Source: Rhizobium phage RHph_I72. Taken from it: a DNA stretch of 32,000 nt. Position numbers and translations under genes: made by a program. The stretch lies in the sequence record MN988554.1; one strand, written 5' to 3'. The notes under the pieces are model-generated. The model worked only from the letters and a program-made list of their open reading frames with translations, was not told the DNA's origin and did no database searches. This document shows positions 16,832 to 25,589 of the stretch, piece after piece; position 1 is the stretch's first letter, and every line of letters begins with the position of its first letter.

Positions 16832-16953
16832 TGCTGCCGACCCTGTGGAATTACGACGCTCACCCCTACCTTACCAGCGGGGCGATCTATCTTGTTTTGT
16901 GTCTCGTCTGCCTGAGTGTTCTTGGGCGGATCTTGAAGGAGGATTTGGAATGA
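16831..16953 (+). CDS. tiny predicted single-pass membrane protein (40 aa)
   Basis: MLPTLWNYDAHPYLTSGAIYLVLCLVCLSVLGRILKEDLE; start overlaps the upstream stop. Confidence 0.45.
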   Translation: MLPTLWNYDAHPYLTSGAIYLVLCLVCLSVLGRILKEDLE

Positions 16954-17135
16954 GTGATCCCTTCCTCGGAGAACGCCGCACCGGTCTGCGCGTGATGGAG
17001 AGTGTAGCGGGACCGACCCCCCCAGCATTTTGCGATCTCGATATTTGCCAAGGACGTTACCCCGGCTCAGCTTCGAACGATAGCTGCCCAGCTACAAGAT
17101 CTCGCGAACCATATGGAGGAGAGCAAGACCGATGA
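16950..17135 (+). CDS. small hypothetical protein (61 aa)
   Basis: MSDPFLGERRTGLRVMESV...GEQDR; ATGA overlaps on both sides. Confidence 0.4.
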   Translation: MSDPFLGERRTGLRVMESVAGPTPPAFCDLDICQGRYPGSASNDSCPATRSREPYGGEQDR

Positions 17136-17362
17136 CTGAATATTATAGCGACAAGCAGAAGGCTTATATCAAGAAGCTTCGGGGCGTTGATTGGTGGGCC
17201 TGTATGTCCGATGACGGCGGGGTAGCTCGCCGTGGCGAGGCTCATGAACGAGCGGTCCGGGCCGAAGGTGAAGCTGATCCGGATCTGAAAGGCATGTACG
17301 GTCGATACCGGGATTGGGTACTCAAGAAGGTTCCCGAAGATCCCTTTGCCGAGGTCAAATGA
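17132..17362 (+). CDS. small hypothetical protein
   Basis: 76 aa; last gene before a terminator. Confidence 0.6.
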   Translation: MTEYYSDKQKAYIKKLRGVDWWACMSDDGGVARRGEAHERAVRAEGEADPDLKGMYGRYRDWVLKKVPEDPFAEVK

Positions 17363-17383
17363 GCCCCCTTCTGGGGGCTTTTT
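17362..17383 (+). terminator. Rho-independent terminator
   Basis: AGCCCCC-TTCT-GGGGGCT followed by TTTTC, starting at the stop codon of the upstream ORF. Confidence 0.85.
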
Positions 17384-17427
17384 CTTGTGCGGTGAACCCA
17401 AGGCGGGGGGGCCGGATTTCTCTGGTT

Positions 17428-17724
17428 AAGTTAAGACGATCTTAAAGTGATACTTTAAGTTGTGCGCCACTGATTGGTTTTCCGTCTTAACTTCAGGCCG
17501 GGGATATCTTAACTTCATATTGGAAGTTAAGACGCATAAGCCCATGAACGGGCAGGGAAATACCTGGATCTTAACTTTCTTAGGTACTCTTTTATTCGGT
17601 AGACCTACGTCAGAAAACTACGCTCGCTAATAAAAGTTAAGAAAGATAAGGAAGTAGTTATTCCTTTTTCGCTTCAATAGGTTACTGAGAACTGGTTTAT
17701 GGAGGGGGTGGCGGTGAAGTTAAG
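17428..17724. repeat. cluster of seven AAGTTAAG/CTTAACTT sites in an AT-rich intergenic region
   Basis: + orientation at 17428, 17524, 17634 and 17717; - orientation at 17486, 17508 and 17570. Includes CTTAACTTC-N6-GAAGTTAAG (17508-17531) and CTTAAAGT-N3-ACTTTAAG (17441-17459). Confidence 0.8.
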
Positions 17725-17749
17725 AAAGCTAAGACGGTTTCATGGAAAC

Positions 17750-17778
17750 TTGCCTGTTTTACCCCTTTGGGCTATATT
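17750..17778 (+). promoter_or_regulatory. sigma70-like promoter upstream of the packaging/structural operon (TTGCCT-N17-TATATT)
   Basis: -35 TTGCCT 17750-17755, 17 bp spacer, -10 TATATT 17773-17778, 28 bp before the terS start. Confidence 0.6.
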
Positions 17779-17805
17779 GTGAGGCGAGAATGAAGGAGCG
17801 TTCAC

Positions 17806-18399
17806 ATGGCGGTGAAAAAGCAGAAGGGTGCGGCCCGAGATCCGAAGCGGCGGGCGGCGATTGCGAAGGCAGCGAAAGAGCGCGTTGCGAAGCCCTATAG
17901 CCCGGGGACGAAGATGTGGGAGTGCCGGTCCAAGATGGGGCCGAGGTATCTGTATTCCGGCGAGGAGGGTGCCGAGCAGCTTTGGAATGAGCTGCTGAGC
18001 TATCTGGAATGGTGCGAGGCGAACCCCCTGTATGAGGGCAAGCTGATCTCGTTCCAGGGCGTCGGGACGGTGGAGGAAGTCCCGAAGATGAGGATTGCGA
18101 CGCTCGGCGGCTTCTGCTTGCATCTCGGGATCGCTCAAACGACCTATACGGATTGGCGCAAGCGTGAAGACTTATGCAGCGTCATCGCCAATATCGACGC
18201 TGCTTTGTATGAGTACAAGATCGCGGGCGCTTCGGCGGATCTCCTCAACGCCAACATCATCAGCCGTCTTCTTGGTCTCGCCGACAAGACTGAGCTCACA
18301 GGTCCCGGCGGCGGTCCGGTTCAGTCGATCACCGGGAATATGTCGGCCAAGGAAGCGGCGGACCTGTACGCACAGACGAGAGACAAGGGTAAGAAGTGA
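17806..18399 (+). CDS. terS: terminase small subunit
   Basis: 'PKMRIATLGGFCLHLGIAQTTYTDWRKREDLCSVIANIDAALYEYKIAGASADLLNANIISRLLGLADK' is typical of gp3-like TerS; directly upstream of terL. Confidence 0.8.
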   Translation: MAVKKQKGAARDPKRRAAIAKAAKERVAKPYSPGTKMWECRSKMGPRYLYSGEEGAEQLWNELLSYLEWCEANPLYEGKLISFQGVGTVEEVPKMRIATLGGFCLHLGIAQTTYTDWRKREDLCSVIANIDAALYEYKIAGASADLLNANIISRLLGLADKTELTGPGGGPVQSITGNMSAKEAADLYAQTRDKGKK

Positions 18400-20072
18400 A
18401 CGCCTACGTCAAGCCGCCCGAGGTATGGCCGCCAAACTACGTGGAGCTGTTCGCTTGGCGGCAGAACCAGCTGACGCTTCTCCGGAACGATCCGAGGATG
18501 CTTCAGGGCGCCCGGGCTTTCTACAAGCAGCCTGAGAACTGCGGCGCTTTCATCAACGACTGGATCGATACCTACGACCCCCGCAACGCGGGCCAAGAGG
18601 GGAAGCTCACGAGCATGCCCTTCATCCTCTTTCAGCGCCAAGAGGAGATGGTTCAATTCCTGATCGCTTGTCTCCAGGGGGAGACCAATGGCCTGATCGA
18701 GAAGTGCCGAGACGCGGGAGCGACTTGGGTTTGCGTCGCGGTAACGGTCTGGCTGTGGCTGTTCATGGACGGGGCGGCGGTCGGCTGGGGATCTCGTAAA
18801 GAGCAGCTGGTGGACAAGATCGGCGACCCTGATAGCATCTTTGAGAAGATCCGGGCGGTCATCCGTCAGCTGCCAGAGGAGTTTCTGCCGGCGGGCTTCT
18901 CGTTCAACGATCATATGTCATACATGAAGATCATCAACCCTGAGAGCGGGGCGACGATCACCGGCGAGGCAGGCGACAACATCGGTCGTGGCGGTCGTAA
19001 GCTGATCTACTTCAAGGACGAGAGCGCCCACTATGAGCACCCGGACCTGATCGAAGCCGCCTTGGGCGATAACACCAGGGTTCAGATTGATATCTCCTCG
19101 GTGAACGGCATCGGCAACGTCTTCCACCGCAAGCGGAAGAACGGCGTGGAGTGGGAGCCGGGGCAGGACGTCGTCAAGAACAAGTCTAATGTGTTCATCT
19201 TCCGCTGGTCTGACCATCCAGCCAAGACGCTGGATTGGTACACGGCTCGCCGAGCTGAGTGGGAAGAGAACGGGCTGCTCCACAAATTTGCCCAAGAGGT
19301 TGACCGTGACTACTCGGGCTCGGTCGAAGGCGTCATCATTAAGGCCGAATGGGTGCGGGCCGCAGTCGATGCTCACATCAAGCTCGGGTTCACCGATCAG
19401 GGCACATGGCTCGCTGGTCTGGACGTCGCCGACGAAGGTCTGGACAAGAGCGCGCTGGCCCAGAGGAAGGGCGTTGTGCTGAAGGCGTGCGAGCACTGGG
19501 GTCAGGTTGACACAGGCGTCACCGCTCGGCGGGCTCTTCAGAAGCTCGTGGATCCTCGCTCCACCCGGCTGATGTATGACTGTATCGGTGTGGGAGCTGG
19601 CTGCAAGAGCGAGTTTAACCGGCTTCGCTCCAGCGATGAGCCGAACGAGCGCTGGCTGATGCCTGATGAGCTTCGGGTGGAGCCCTGGAACGCGGCTGAC
19701 GCGGTCCTGTTCCCCGAGGAGAACATCATCAAGGGAGACAAAAACTCCCCGCTCAACAAAGACTACTACATGAACCTGAAGGCGCAGGCCTGGCGCATGC
19801 TCTCGCTTCGGTTCTACAAGACTTGGCGAGCCGTTACTGAAGGCGCCGACTTCGACACCGAGGAGCTGATCAGCATCGACAGCACGATCAAGGACGTGGA
19901 GAAGCTAATTGAAGAATTGTCCCAGGCCACTTCCGGTTTGAGCACCGGTCGTCTAAAGTGGATGGTCAATAAGAAGCCTGATGGCTCGTCTTCGCCGAAC
20001 ATGGCTGATGCGGTTGTCATGGCTTATTGGCCTGTCGCCAAGAGCCGCTACACCTTGAGGAACGTCGGATGA
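18396..20072 (+). CDS. terL: terminase large subunit
   Basis: Atypical ATPase region 'EKCRDAGATWVCVAVTVWLWLF'; 'GRGGRKLIYFKDESAHYEHPD' Walker B-like; later nuclease-region Asp residues 'GLDVADEGLDKSALA'. GTG start. Confidence 0.9.
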   Translation: MNAYVKPPEVWPPNYVELFAWRQNQLTLLRNDPRMLQGARAFYKQPENCGAFINDWIDTYDPRNAGQEGKLTSMPFILFQRQEEMVQFLIACLQGETNGLIEKCRDAGATWVCVAVTVWLWLFMDGAAVGWGSRKEQLVDKIGDPDSIFEKIRAVIRQLPEEFLPAGFSFNDHMSYMKIINPESGATITGEAGDNIGRGGRKLIYFKDESAHYEHPDLIEAALGDNTRVQIDISSVNGIGNVFHRKRKNGVEWEPGQDVVKNKSNVFIFRWSDHPAKTLDWYTARRAEWEENGLLHKFAQEVDRDYSGSVEGVIIKAEWVRAAVDAHIKLGFTDQGTWLAGLDVADEGLDKSALAQRKGVVLKACEHWGQVDTGVTARRALQKLVDPRSTRLMYDCIGVGAGCKSEFNRLRSSDEPNERWLMPDELRVEPWNAADAVLFPEENIIKGDKNSPLNKDYYMNLKAQAWRMLSLRFYKTWRAVTEGADFDTEELISIDSTIKDVEKLIEELSQATSGLSTGRLKWMVNKKPDGSSSPNMADAVVMAYWPVAKSRYTLRNVG

Positions 20073-21907
20073 CCGATCAGCAGAATGACAGCCTTCGCTC
20101 CTTGCTCACCGGCCTCGGCGATCCGAACAGGGACAAGGCAGCGCTCGGCTCCCTCGGGTACTTGGACTTCATTCTTGATGACCAGCAGCTCTGGTCGGCG
20201 TATCGTAACAGCTGGATTGCGCGCAAGATCGTCAACATTCCCGCTCAGGACGCTTGCCGCCGGTGGAGAGCTTGGCAGGCCGATCAGGAGCAGATCACCC
20301 TCATCGAGAAGGAGGAGAAGCGCCTGGGGCTGAAGGGTAAGCTCCTCCTTTGCAAGACGCTCGCCAGGCTCTGGGGCGGCGCCGCAATCTACATTGGCGA
20401 CGGCGGAAGGGCGGATCAGCCGCTCAAGCCCGAGCTCATGGGGAAGGGCGGACTCAAATACTTGACAGTGATGAGCCGCCGGGAGGTCATCGCGGGCCAG
20501 CTCCAGGACGATCCGACCGATCAATATTACAACCTGCCGCGTGATTATCAGGTCGCCAATTCCTCGGCGTTTGTTGACATCCATCCGTCCCGGCTCGTGA
20601 TCCAGATCGGCGAGATGAACCCCGATCCCCGGCTGATGAGCGTTAGCCAGGGATGGGGTGACAGCTCCCTCCAAGCCGTCTACTCGGCGCTGACACAGGC
20701 TGACTCGGCCACCGCCAATATCTCCTCCTTGTTGTTCGAAGCGAACATTGATGTGTTCGGTATCCCGGGGCTGATGGAGCTGGTTTCCACGGCAAAGGAT
20801 CGGCAGAAGATCCTGGACCGCATGACGCTCGCCGCCGCCGGGAAGTCGATCACCCGCGCGCTGATCATGGACGCTGAGGAAGAGTATAACCGCCACACGA
20901 TCAACTTTTCCAACCTCCCGGAGTTGATGCAGGCCTTCCTCACCAATGTCTCAGGTGCCGCTGATATCCCCCTGACGCGCTTCCTCGGTCAGTCCCCGGC
21001 GGGGCTCAATTCGACCGGCGAGGGGGACATGAAGAACTACCAGGACCGCGTGACCGCGATCCAGGAGCTGGAAATCCAGCCGCAGCTTTCGATCCTTGAT
21101 GACTGTCTAATCCGCTCTGCCTTGGGCGCCCGTCCGGAAGAGATATTCTACAATTGGAACCCGCTTGAGCAGATGAGCGAGAAGGAGCTGGCCGAGATCG
21201 GGAAGCTTCACGCCGATACCGCGCAAGTGGTCGTCAATACCGGGCTCTTCATGCCCGAGGAGTTGCGCCAGGTCGTCGGCAACCAGTTCGTGGAAAGTGG
21301 TCTTTACCCCGGCCTCGGCGATCTTCTCAAGGAGAATGGCGAGGATCTACCGGAATTTGATCTGGAGCGCCGGTCCGCCGAAGCAACCGTGAAGCAATTG
21401 GAAAACCCTCCGAAGCCCAAGGCAGTCGGTGATGCAGCGCCGAGGAGCCTATATGTCAAGCGCGACGTCCTCAACGGGGAGCAAATCGCGCGCTGGTATC
21501 GTGAACAGAACGTCCCCGGGGTCTACGCCCCGGATGAGATGCATGTCACAATCGTCTACAGCAAGAAACCTGTGGATTGGATGAAGCTCGGATCTTCCTG
21601 GGCCGGCACTCTTGAGCTGCCCGAGGGCGGGCCGCGTATGATGGAGCTGTTCGGCGCCCCCGGTGAGGGGATCTTGGTTCTGCTGTTCCAGTCGGCTGAA
21701 CTCGATTACCGAGCCGGGGAAGCTCGCGACATTGGCGCCGAGTTCACCCACGGCGAATATCAGTCGCACATCACCATCAGTCTGCTCGGCAACGAGGTTG
21801 ATCTGGCCAACGTGAAACCTTATCAAGGCCCCATCACTCTCGGTCCGGAGATCTTCCAGGAGATCGATGATAGCGCAGACTGGAAAGATAAGGTTCAAAC
21901 GGAGTAA
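20069..21907 (+). CDS. portal protein (DUF1073-type) with C-terminal 2H-phosphoesterase domain resembling anti-CBASS Acb1
   Basis: N-terminal and middle regions are portal-like (LARLWGGAAIYIGDGG... SGAADIPLTRFLGQSPAGLNSTGEGDMKNYQDRV). C-terminal 'SLYVKRDV...DEMHVTIVYSKKPVDW...EYQSHITISLL' has two HxT motifs at 21542-21550 and 21767-21775. Confidence 0.85.
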   Translation: MTDQQNDSLRSLLTGLGDPNRDKAALGSLGYLDFILDDQQLWSAYRNSWIARKIVNIPAQDACRRWRAWQADQEQITLIEKEEKRLGLKGKLLLCKTLARLWGGAAIYIGDGGRADQPLKPELMGKGGLKYLTVMSRREVIAGQLQDDPTDQYYNLPRDYQVANSSAFVDIHPSRLVIQIGEMNPDPRLMSVSQGWGDSSLQAVYSALTQADSATANISSLLFEANIDVFGIPGLMELVSTAKDRQKILDRMTLAAAGKSITRALIMDAEEEYNRHTINFSNLPELMQAFLTNVSGAADIPLTRFLGQSPAGLNSTGEGDMKNYQDRVTAIQELEIQPQLSILDDCLIRSALGARPEEIFYNWNPLEQMSEKELAEIGKLHADTAQVVVNTGLFMPEELRQVVGNQFVESGLYPGLGDLLKENGEDLPEFDLERRSAEATVKQLENPPKPKAVGDAAPRSLYVKRDVLNGEQIARWYREQNVPGVYAPDEMHVTIVYSKKPVDWMKLGSSWAGTLELPEGGPRMMELFGAPGEGILVLLFQSAELDYRAGEARDIGAEFTHGEYQSHITISLLGNEVDLANVKPYQGPITLGPEIFQEIDDSADWKDKVQTE

Positions 21908-21912
21908 CCAAC

Positions 21913-22167
21913 ATGGCCGTCGTAACAACTACCGTCACCCTCGCCGCCGATACCTGGACGCAGATCTCTACCGGTCAGGCCAATGTCTTGGTCCAGCGCC
22001 TATCCGGCATTATCCGGGTTGCGGTCAAAGCGACCCAGCCGAGCGGCGCCGTTGGTCACATTCTCGATGATGACCAAAGCTCCATCAGTTTCGGATCGCT
22101 CGGCGGGACTGACCTGGTTTGGGCTCTCTCCAGCAATGAAGCCCAGAAGATCGTTGTGACCGCCTAA
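21913..22167 (+). CDS. small structural protein (head fibre/decoration-like)
   Basis: 84 aa beta-rich 'VTLAADTWTQISTGQANVLVQRLSG...', located in the head module. Confidence 0.5.
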   Translation: MAVVTTTVTLAADTWTQISTGQANVLVQRLSGIIRVAVKATQPSGAVGHILDDDQSSISFGSLGGTDLVWALSSNEAQKIVVTA

Positions 22168-22182
22168 CAGGAGCCGAGCCCC

Positions 22183-24768
22183 ATGGGAAAGAACGCTGGT
22201 GCATTGGCCTATGGCTCTCCACCCTTCCGGATCGGCGCCGGGGGTCAGCTGCGTCACGGCGGGGGCGGCGGGAGCGGTTTACCAGCGCTCGCGGCTTACA
22301 CCTACGAGCCCGAGACTGAGGCGCTGGTTGCCACGTTCACGACCCCGCCGACCACTAACCGGAAGCGCGTCATCAACCGTGCGATGAAGCGGTTGAAAGC
22401 CGCCGGCATCCACGCCAACGCAGTCGGTTATGGATTTGTCGGCGCCGATGAGCAATGCTCCCTGCGCCATTGGAAAGATCCCTCCCGGACCTGCACCAAG
22501 ATAGGAACGCCGACCTTCACGGCGGGTTTTGGGTGGACCGCGAATGCGAACGGTCAAGCGCTCAATACCGGTATCCTCGGGACCGAGCTGAATGGCCCTG
22601 GCAACACGGCGCCGACCGATCTTGGCGAATACGTCTACATTACCTCATCCCCGACCGGTAGCAGCAACAGCGATATGGGGGCGATCAACGCATCCTCTCA
22701 AGGTATGAACATCTGCGCTCGCCGCGCGACCAACGACAACCAGACCATTCGCCTTGCCTCGGCGGCGGTCACGACGATTGCGGCGGATGGGGACACTGAT
22801 GGCGCGGGCCTGACCGGCGCAAGCCGGTTCGATGCGACCAACTTGACCGGCTCCCATCTCGGGGTCGCCAAGAATACGGTCGCCGCTGCCTCGGTCGCGC
22901 TCCCGGCTCTACCGATCTATTTGCTGGCTCACAACGCGAACGGAAGTGTGAGCAGCTTCTCTCCCCGCCGCCAGTTGTTCTGGTATGTGGGTAAGGGTCT
23001 GACCAACGCCCAGGAGATCGAACTAAACGCGATCTGCGCCGAGTATTTTGAAGCCGTTGCCTATGGCGATTTCTACATGGAGGAAGTCGGCGTTGGTACG
23101 GCCAACATCACGGTCGATTTTATCGCCTACGGGTTCACCGTTCAATCGATCTTCAACCTGCTCCAGGCCGCTCGCAATGGTCTATCGGTCGCCCTGGTCG
23201 GCGGCTGGCGCGACCGGTTCAACCTCGGCGGCATGAGCTCGGGTGGGCTCGGCTTCGGCGATATCCTCAATACAGCTGCCTTTGGCGGTCTTGTTCGCTG
23301 GCTGACGAAGCGGGTTCAGGCCATCGGCAACCAGCCCACTGAGCAATATTATTTTGAGCCTCGCTGGGTCCAGTGGGCGCTACGGGAGCTGCTGACCGCT
23401 TCGAAGAATGGCGGCTATGACATCAAGGTTTATCAGACCAATGGTGTGCTTGCGGTTCAAAAGACCGGCGCCAAGGTAACGTCCTTCACGACCGTAGATG
23501 GTCGGACCTTCAATATCAAGGGCGGCTATGACGGATCTTATGAGAAGGATCTTGCTAAGGCGGCTGGGTGCTCCTTCCGGATGGGTCGGGAAGCGGCCAC
23601 AGCTGGCGCTGCCGAGCAGTTTAACGGCATTCGTTCGACGTACAACGAGTACACTGGCGTGGACCCTTGGAACACGCCAGGTGTCCCGGCGAGCGGCGCA
23701 ATCCGCCTGATCCAGGCCATCAAATCGACGTTCACCCCTGGCCTCAATACGCTGCCCGCCGCTGGAACTGCTCACGACAAGGAGCAGGCGTTCAACTTCC
23801 GCCTGACTATGACAAACTCGCCGAAGTGGCGTAAGCCGTTGCCCAATACGCCGCCGACCGGGTTTGACATCGCAGATTACGAGATCCTGCTGCGGTTCAT
23901 CGCGGCGAACCCAACCAAGACTAGCTTCATGGACTACTTCAAGGCCGATGCGGTGGTGACGGTCAATAGTGAAAGCAAGTTTGACGTCAATAATCGCGCT
24001 GGTCCCTCGGCGCCGTCCACGGACTTCATCGGCAAGAATTGGGGTTACTCCAACGCGACCTACGGCGAGCGCGAGGTCATGTGGAAGGCGCACTGGAACT
24101 GGATCATGGGTATGCTCTGGCTCCTCCAGTACGGGACTGACTCCCGTATCCCAGCAGCTCTGAAGACCAACTGCCTCAATTGGGGTCTTTGCGCCGACCA
24201 CTACCCGAGCCCGCACGAGAACGACACAGTTGGGATGAACCCGCAGCTGTACGTTCGCGAGGCTCGGCGCTTGATCGGCGTTGCCACGATGACCGGCGAC
24301 GAACTGAAGCGCGGCGATGGTGGCGTGCCTTCGATCTCCACCAATACCATCTCCATGATCTCCTATTTCATGGACAGCCACGCCATCCAATACATCGCCT
24401 ACGAGAAGACGGCGGGCAACTGGATTGTGGCCGGTGAAGGCGGCTTCGGCGAGCCGGATGGCTCCTTGGGCGGATCTGACGGAATGTTCCCCCTGCCGCT
24501 GGAGATCGCGACCCCACAAGCGAGCGAGTGCACCAACCTGTTCGTGGGCTTCGGGTTCTCCACTACGCACATTGCTTTCGCTGCCTGCCGCATGGAACCG
24601 ACCGCTTGGCAGGCCGGTCAGAGCCTGGGTCAGGTCGCCGCCGTGGCGATCCTGAACAACCGCACATTCCAAGATGCCGCGAACTACCCGGCAGCGCGGA
24701 CCGCGCTCCTGGCCAATGCTTTCGCGTTGTCTAATGAGCTAGTTCCGGTATTGTCTCAGACGACATGA
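22183..24768 (+). CDS. 861 aa probable virion-associated protein with FAD_oxidored-like domain
   Basis: 'GLSVALVGGWRDRFNLGGMSSGGLGFGDI', 'NPQLYVREARRLIGVATMTGDEL' and 'CTNLFVGFGFSTTHIAFAACRMEPTAWQAGQSLGQVAAVAI' resemble FAD_oxidored enzymes. The N-terminus resembles fibre/lectin-like phage regions. Confidence 0.7.
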   Translation: MGKNAGALAYGSPPFRIGAGGQLRHGGGGGSGLPALAAYTYEPETEALVATFTTPPTTNRKRVINRAMKRLKAAGIHANAVGYGFVGADEQCSLRHWKDPSRTCTKIGTPTFTAGFGWTANANGQALNTGILGTELNGPGNTAPTDLGEYVYITSSPTGSSNSDMGAINASSQGMNICARRATNDNQTIRLASAAVTTIAADGDTDGAGLTGASRFDATNLTGSHLGVAKNTVAAASVALPALPIYLLAHNANGSVSSFSPRRQLFWYVGKGLTNAQEIELNAICAEYFEAVAYGDFYMEEVGVGTANITVDFIAYGFTVQSIFNLLQAARNGLSVALVGGWRDRFNLGGMSSGGLGFGDILNTAAFGGLVRWLTKRVQAIGNQPTEQYYFEPRWVQWALRELLTASKNGGYDIKVYQTNGVLAVQKTGAKVTSFTTVDGRTFNIKGGYDGSYEKDLAKAAGCSFRMGREAATAGAAEQFNGIRSTYNEYTGVDPWNTPGVPASGAIRLIQAIKSTFTPGLNTLPAAGTAHDKEQAFNFRLTMTNSPKWRKPLPNTPPTGFDIADYEILLRFIAANPTKTSFMDYFKADAVVTVNSESKFDVNNRAGPSAPSTDFIGKNWGYSNATYGEREVMWKAHWNWIMGMLWLLQYGTDSRIPAALKTNCLNWGLCADHYPSPHENDTVGMNPQLYVREARRLIGVATMTGDELKRGDGGVPSISTNTISMISYFMDSHAIQYIAYEKTAGNWIVAGEGGFGEPDGSLGGSDGMFPLPLEIATPQASECTNLFVGFGFSTTHIAFAACRMEPTAWQAGQSLGQVAAVAILNNRTFQDAANYPAARTALLANAFALSNELVPVLSQTT

Positions 24769-25589
24769 GGTATTCTCTCGCCCAGATCGCCAGTCAGCAA
24801 CGTCCCCGCCCGCCGGGGACGGTTGAGCTGTTCCCGATCATCACCGAGGACGCGGGCACCTACGTGTCTTATCTCAAGGCGATCCGGGCGCTGGAATACG
24901 AGATGGCCCGTCTGATCCGGGACGTGCTCCTGCCAGCATACGGCAGCGCCCGGTCAAATCTGCGAGACGGCGACACCCTACTGGTCACCGACGCGGACGA
25001 GAGCACCTTTGAGCAGATCCGGGCCGCGATGAGAGCGATTGCCGGCGCCGTCTCGGGGCAGATCCGAGATATCATCACACTGGCGTCGCAGTCCCACACC
25101 AAGAAGTGGATGGCCGCGGCCAAGCGGGCCTTTGGGGTCGATCTCACTGCGGTCGTCCGGGCCGAGGATCTTGAAAGCTATCTTGATGCGGCAGCGCTGC
25201 GCAACGCGGGCCTGATCAAGGGCTTCAGCGACGACCTTGTCAAGACCGTCCAGCAGTACACGACCACGGCTCTGATCCAAGGCAAGTCGGCGAAAGAGCT
25301 TCAGGCCCAGCTCAAGGAGAGGCTTGACGTCAGCGATAGCAGAGCCCGTCTGATCGCCCGGGACCAGACCGCCAAGCTGACTTCGGATCTGAACCGGCGC
25401 CGCCACGAGGACGCGGGCATTGAGGAATACGATTGGCGGACGTCACATGACGAGCGCGTCAGGTCGCTTCATCGCAAGCTAGACGGCTTGCGATACAAGT
25501 ATGGTCAGCCCACCGGCGCCGAGCAGGGACTGCCCCCTGGGCAACCCATCCAGTGCCGTTGCGTCGCACAGGGAGTGGTGGTATTTTGA
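24765..25589 (+). CDS. head morphogenesis protein (SPP1 gp7/Mu F-like)
   Basis: 'SRARLIARDQTAKLTSDLNRRRHEDAGIEEYDWRTSHDERVRSLHRKLDG...PGQPIQCRCVAQGVV'. Confidence 0.85.
   Translation: MRYSLAQIASQQRPRPPGTVELFPIITEDAGTYVSYLKAIRALEYEMARLIRDVLLPAYGSARSNLRDGDTLLVTDADESTFEQIRAAMRAIAGAVSGQIRDIITLASQSHTKKWMAAAKRAFGVDLTAVVRAEDLESYLDAAALRNAGLIKGFSDDLVKTVQQYTTTALIQGKSAKELQAQLKERLDVSDSRARLIARDQTAKLTSDLNRRRHEDAGIEEYDWRTSHDERVRSLHRKLDGLRYKYGQPTGAEQGLPPGQPIQCRCVAQGVVVF

Noticed and set aside
17648-17669. AAGGAA-N7-TTCCTT followed by TTT as a possible second terminator
   Set aside because: The stem is short and AT-rich with a 7-nt loop; too weak to call. It may be incidental in this AT-rich region.
23380-24672. 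430 aa open frame on the minus strand
   Set aside because: Antisense to the FAD_oxidored-like gene; low-information Arg/Asp/Val-rich translation.
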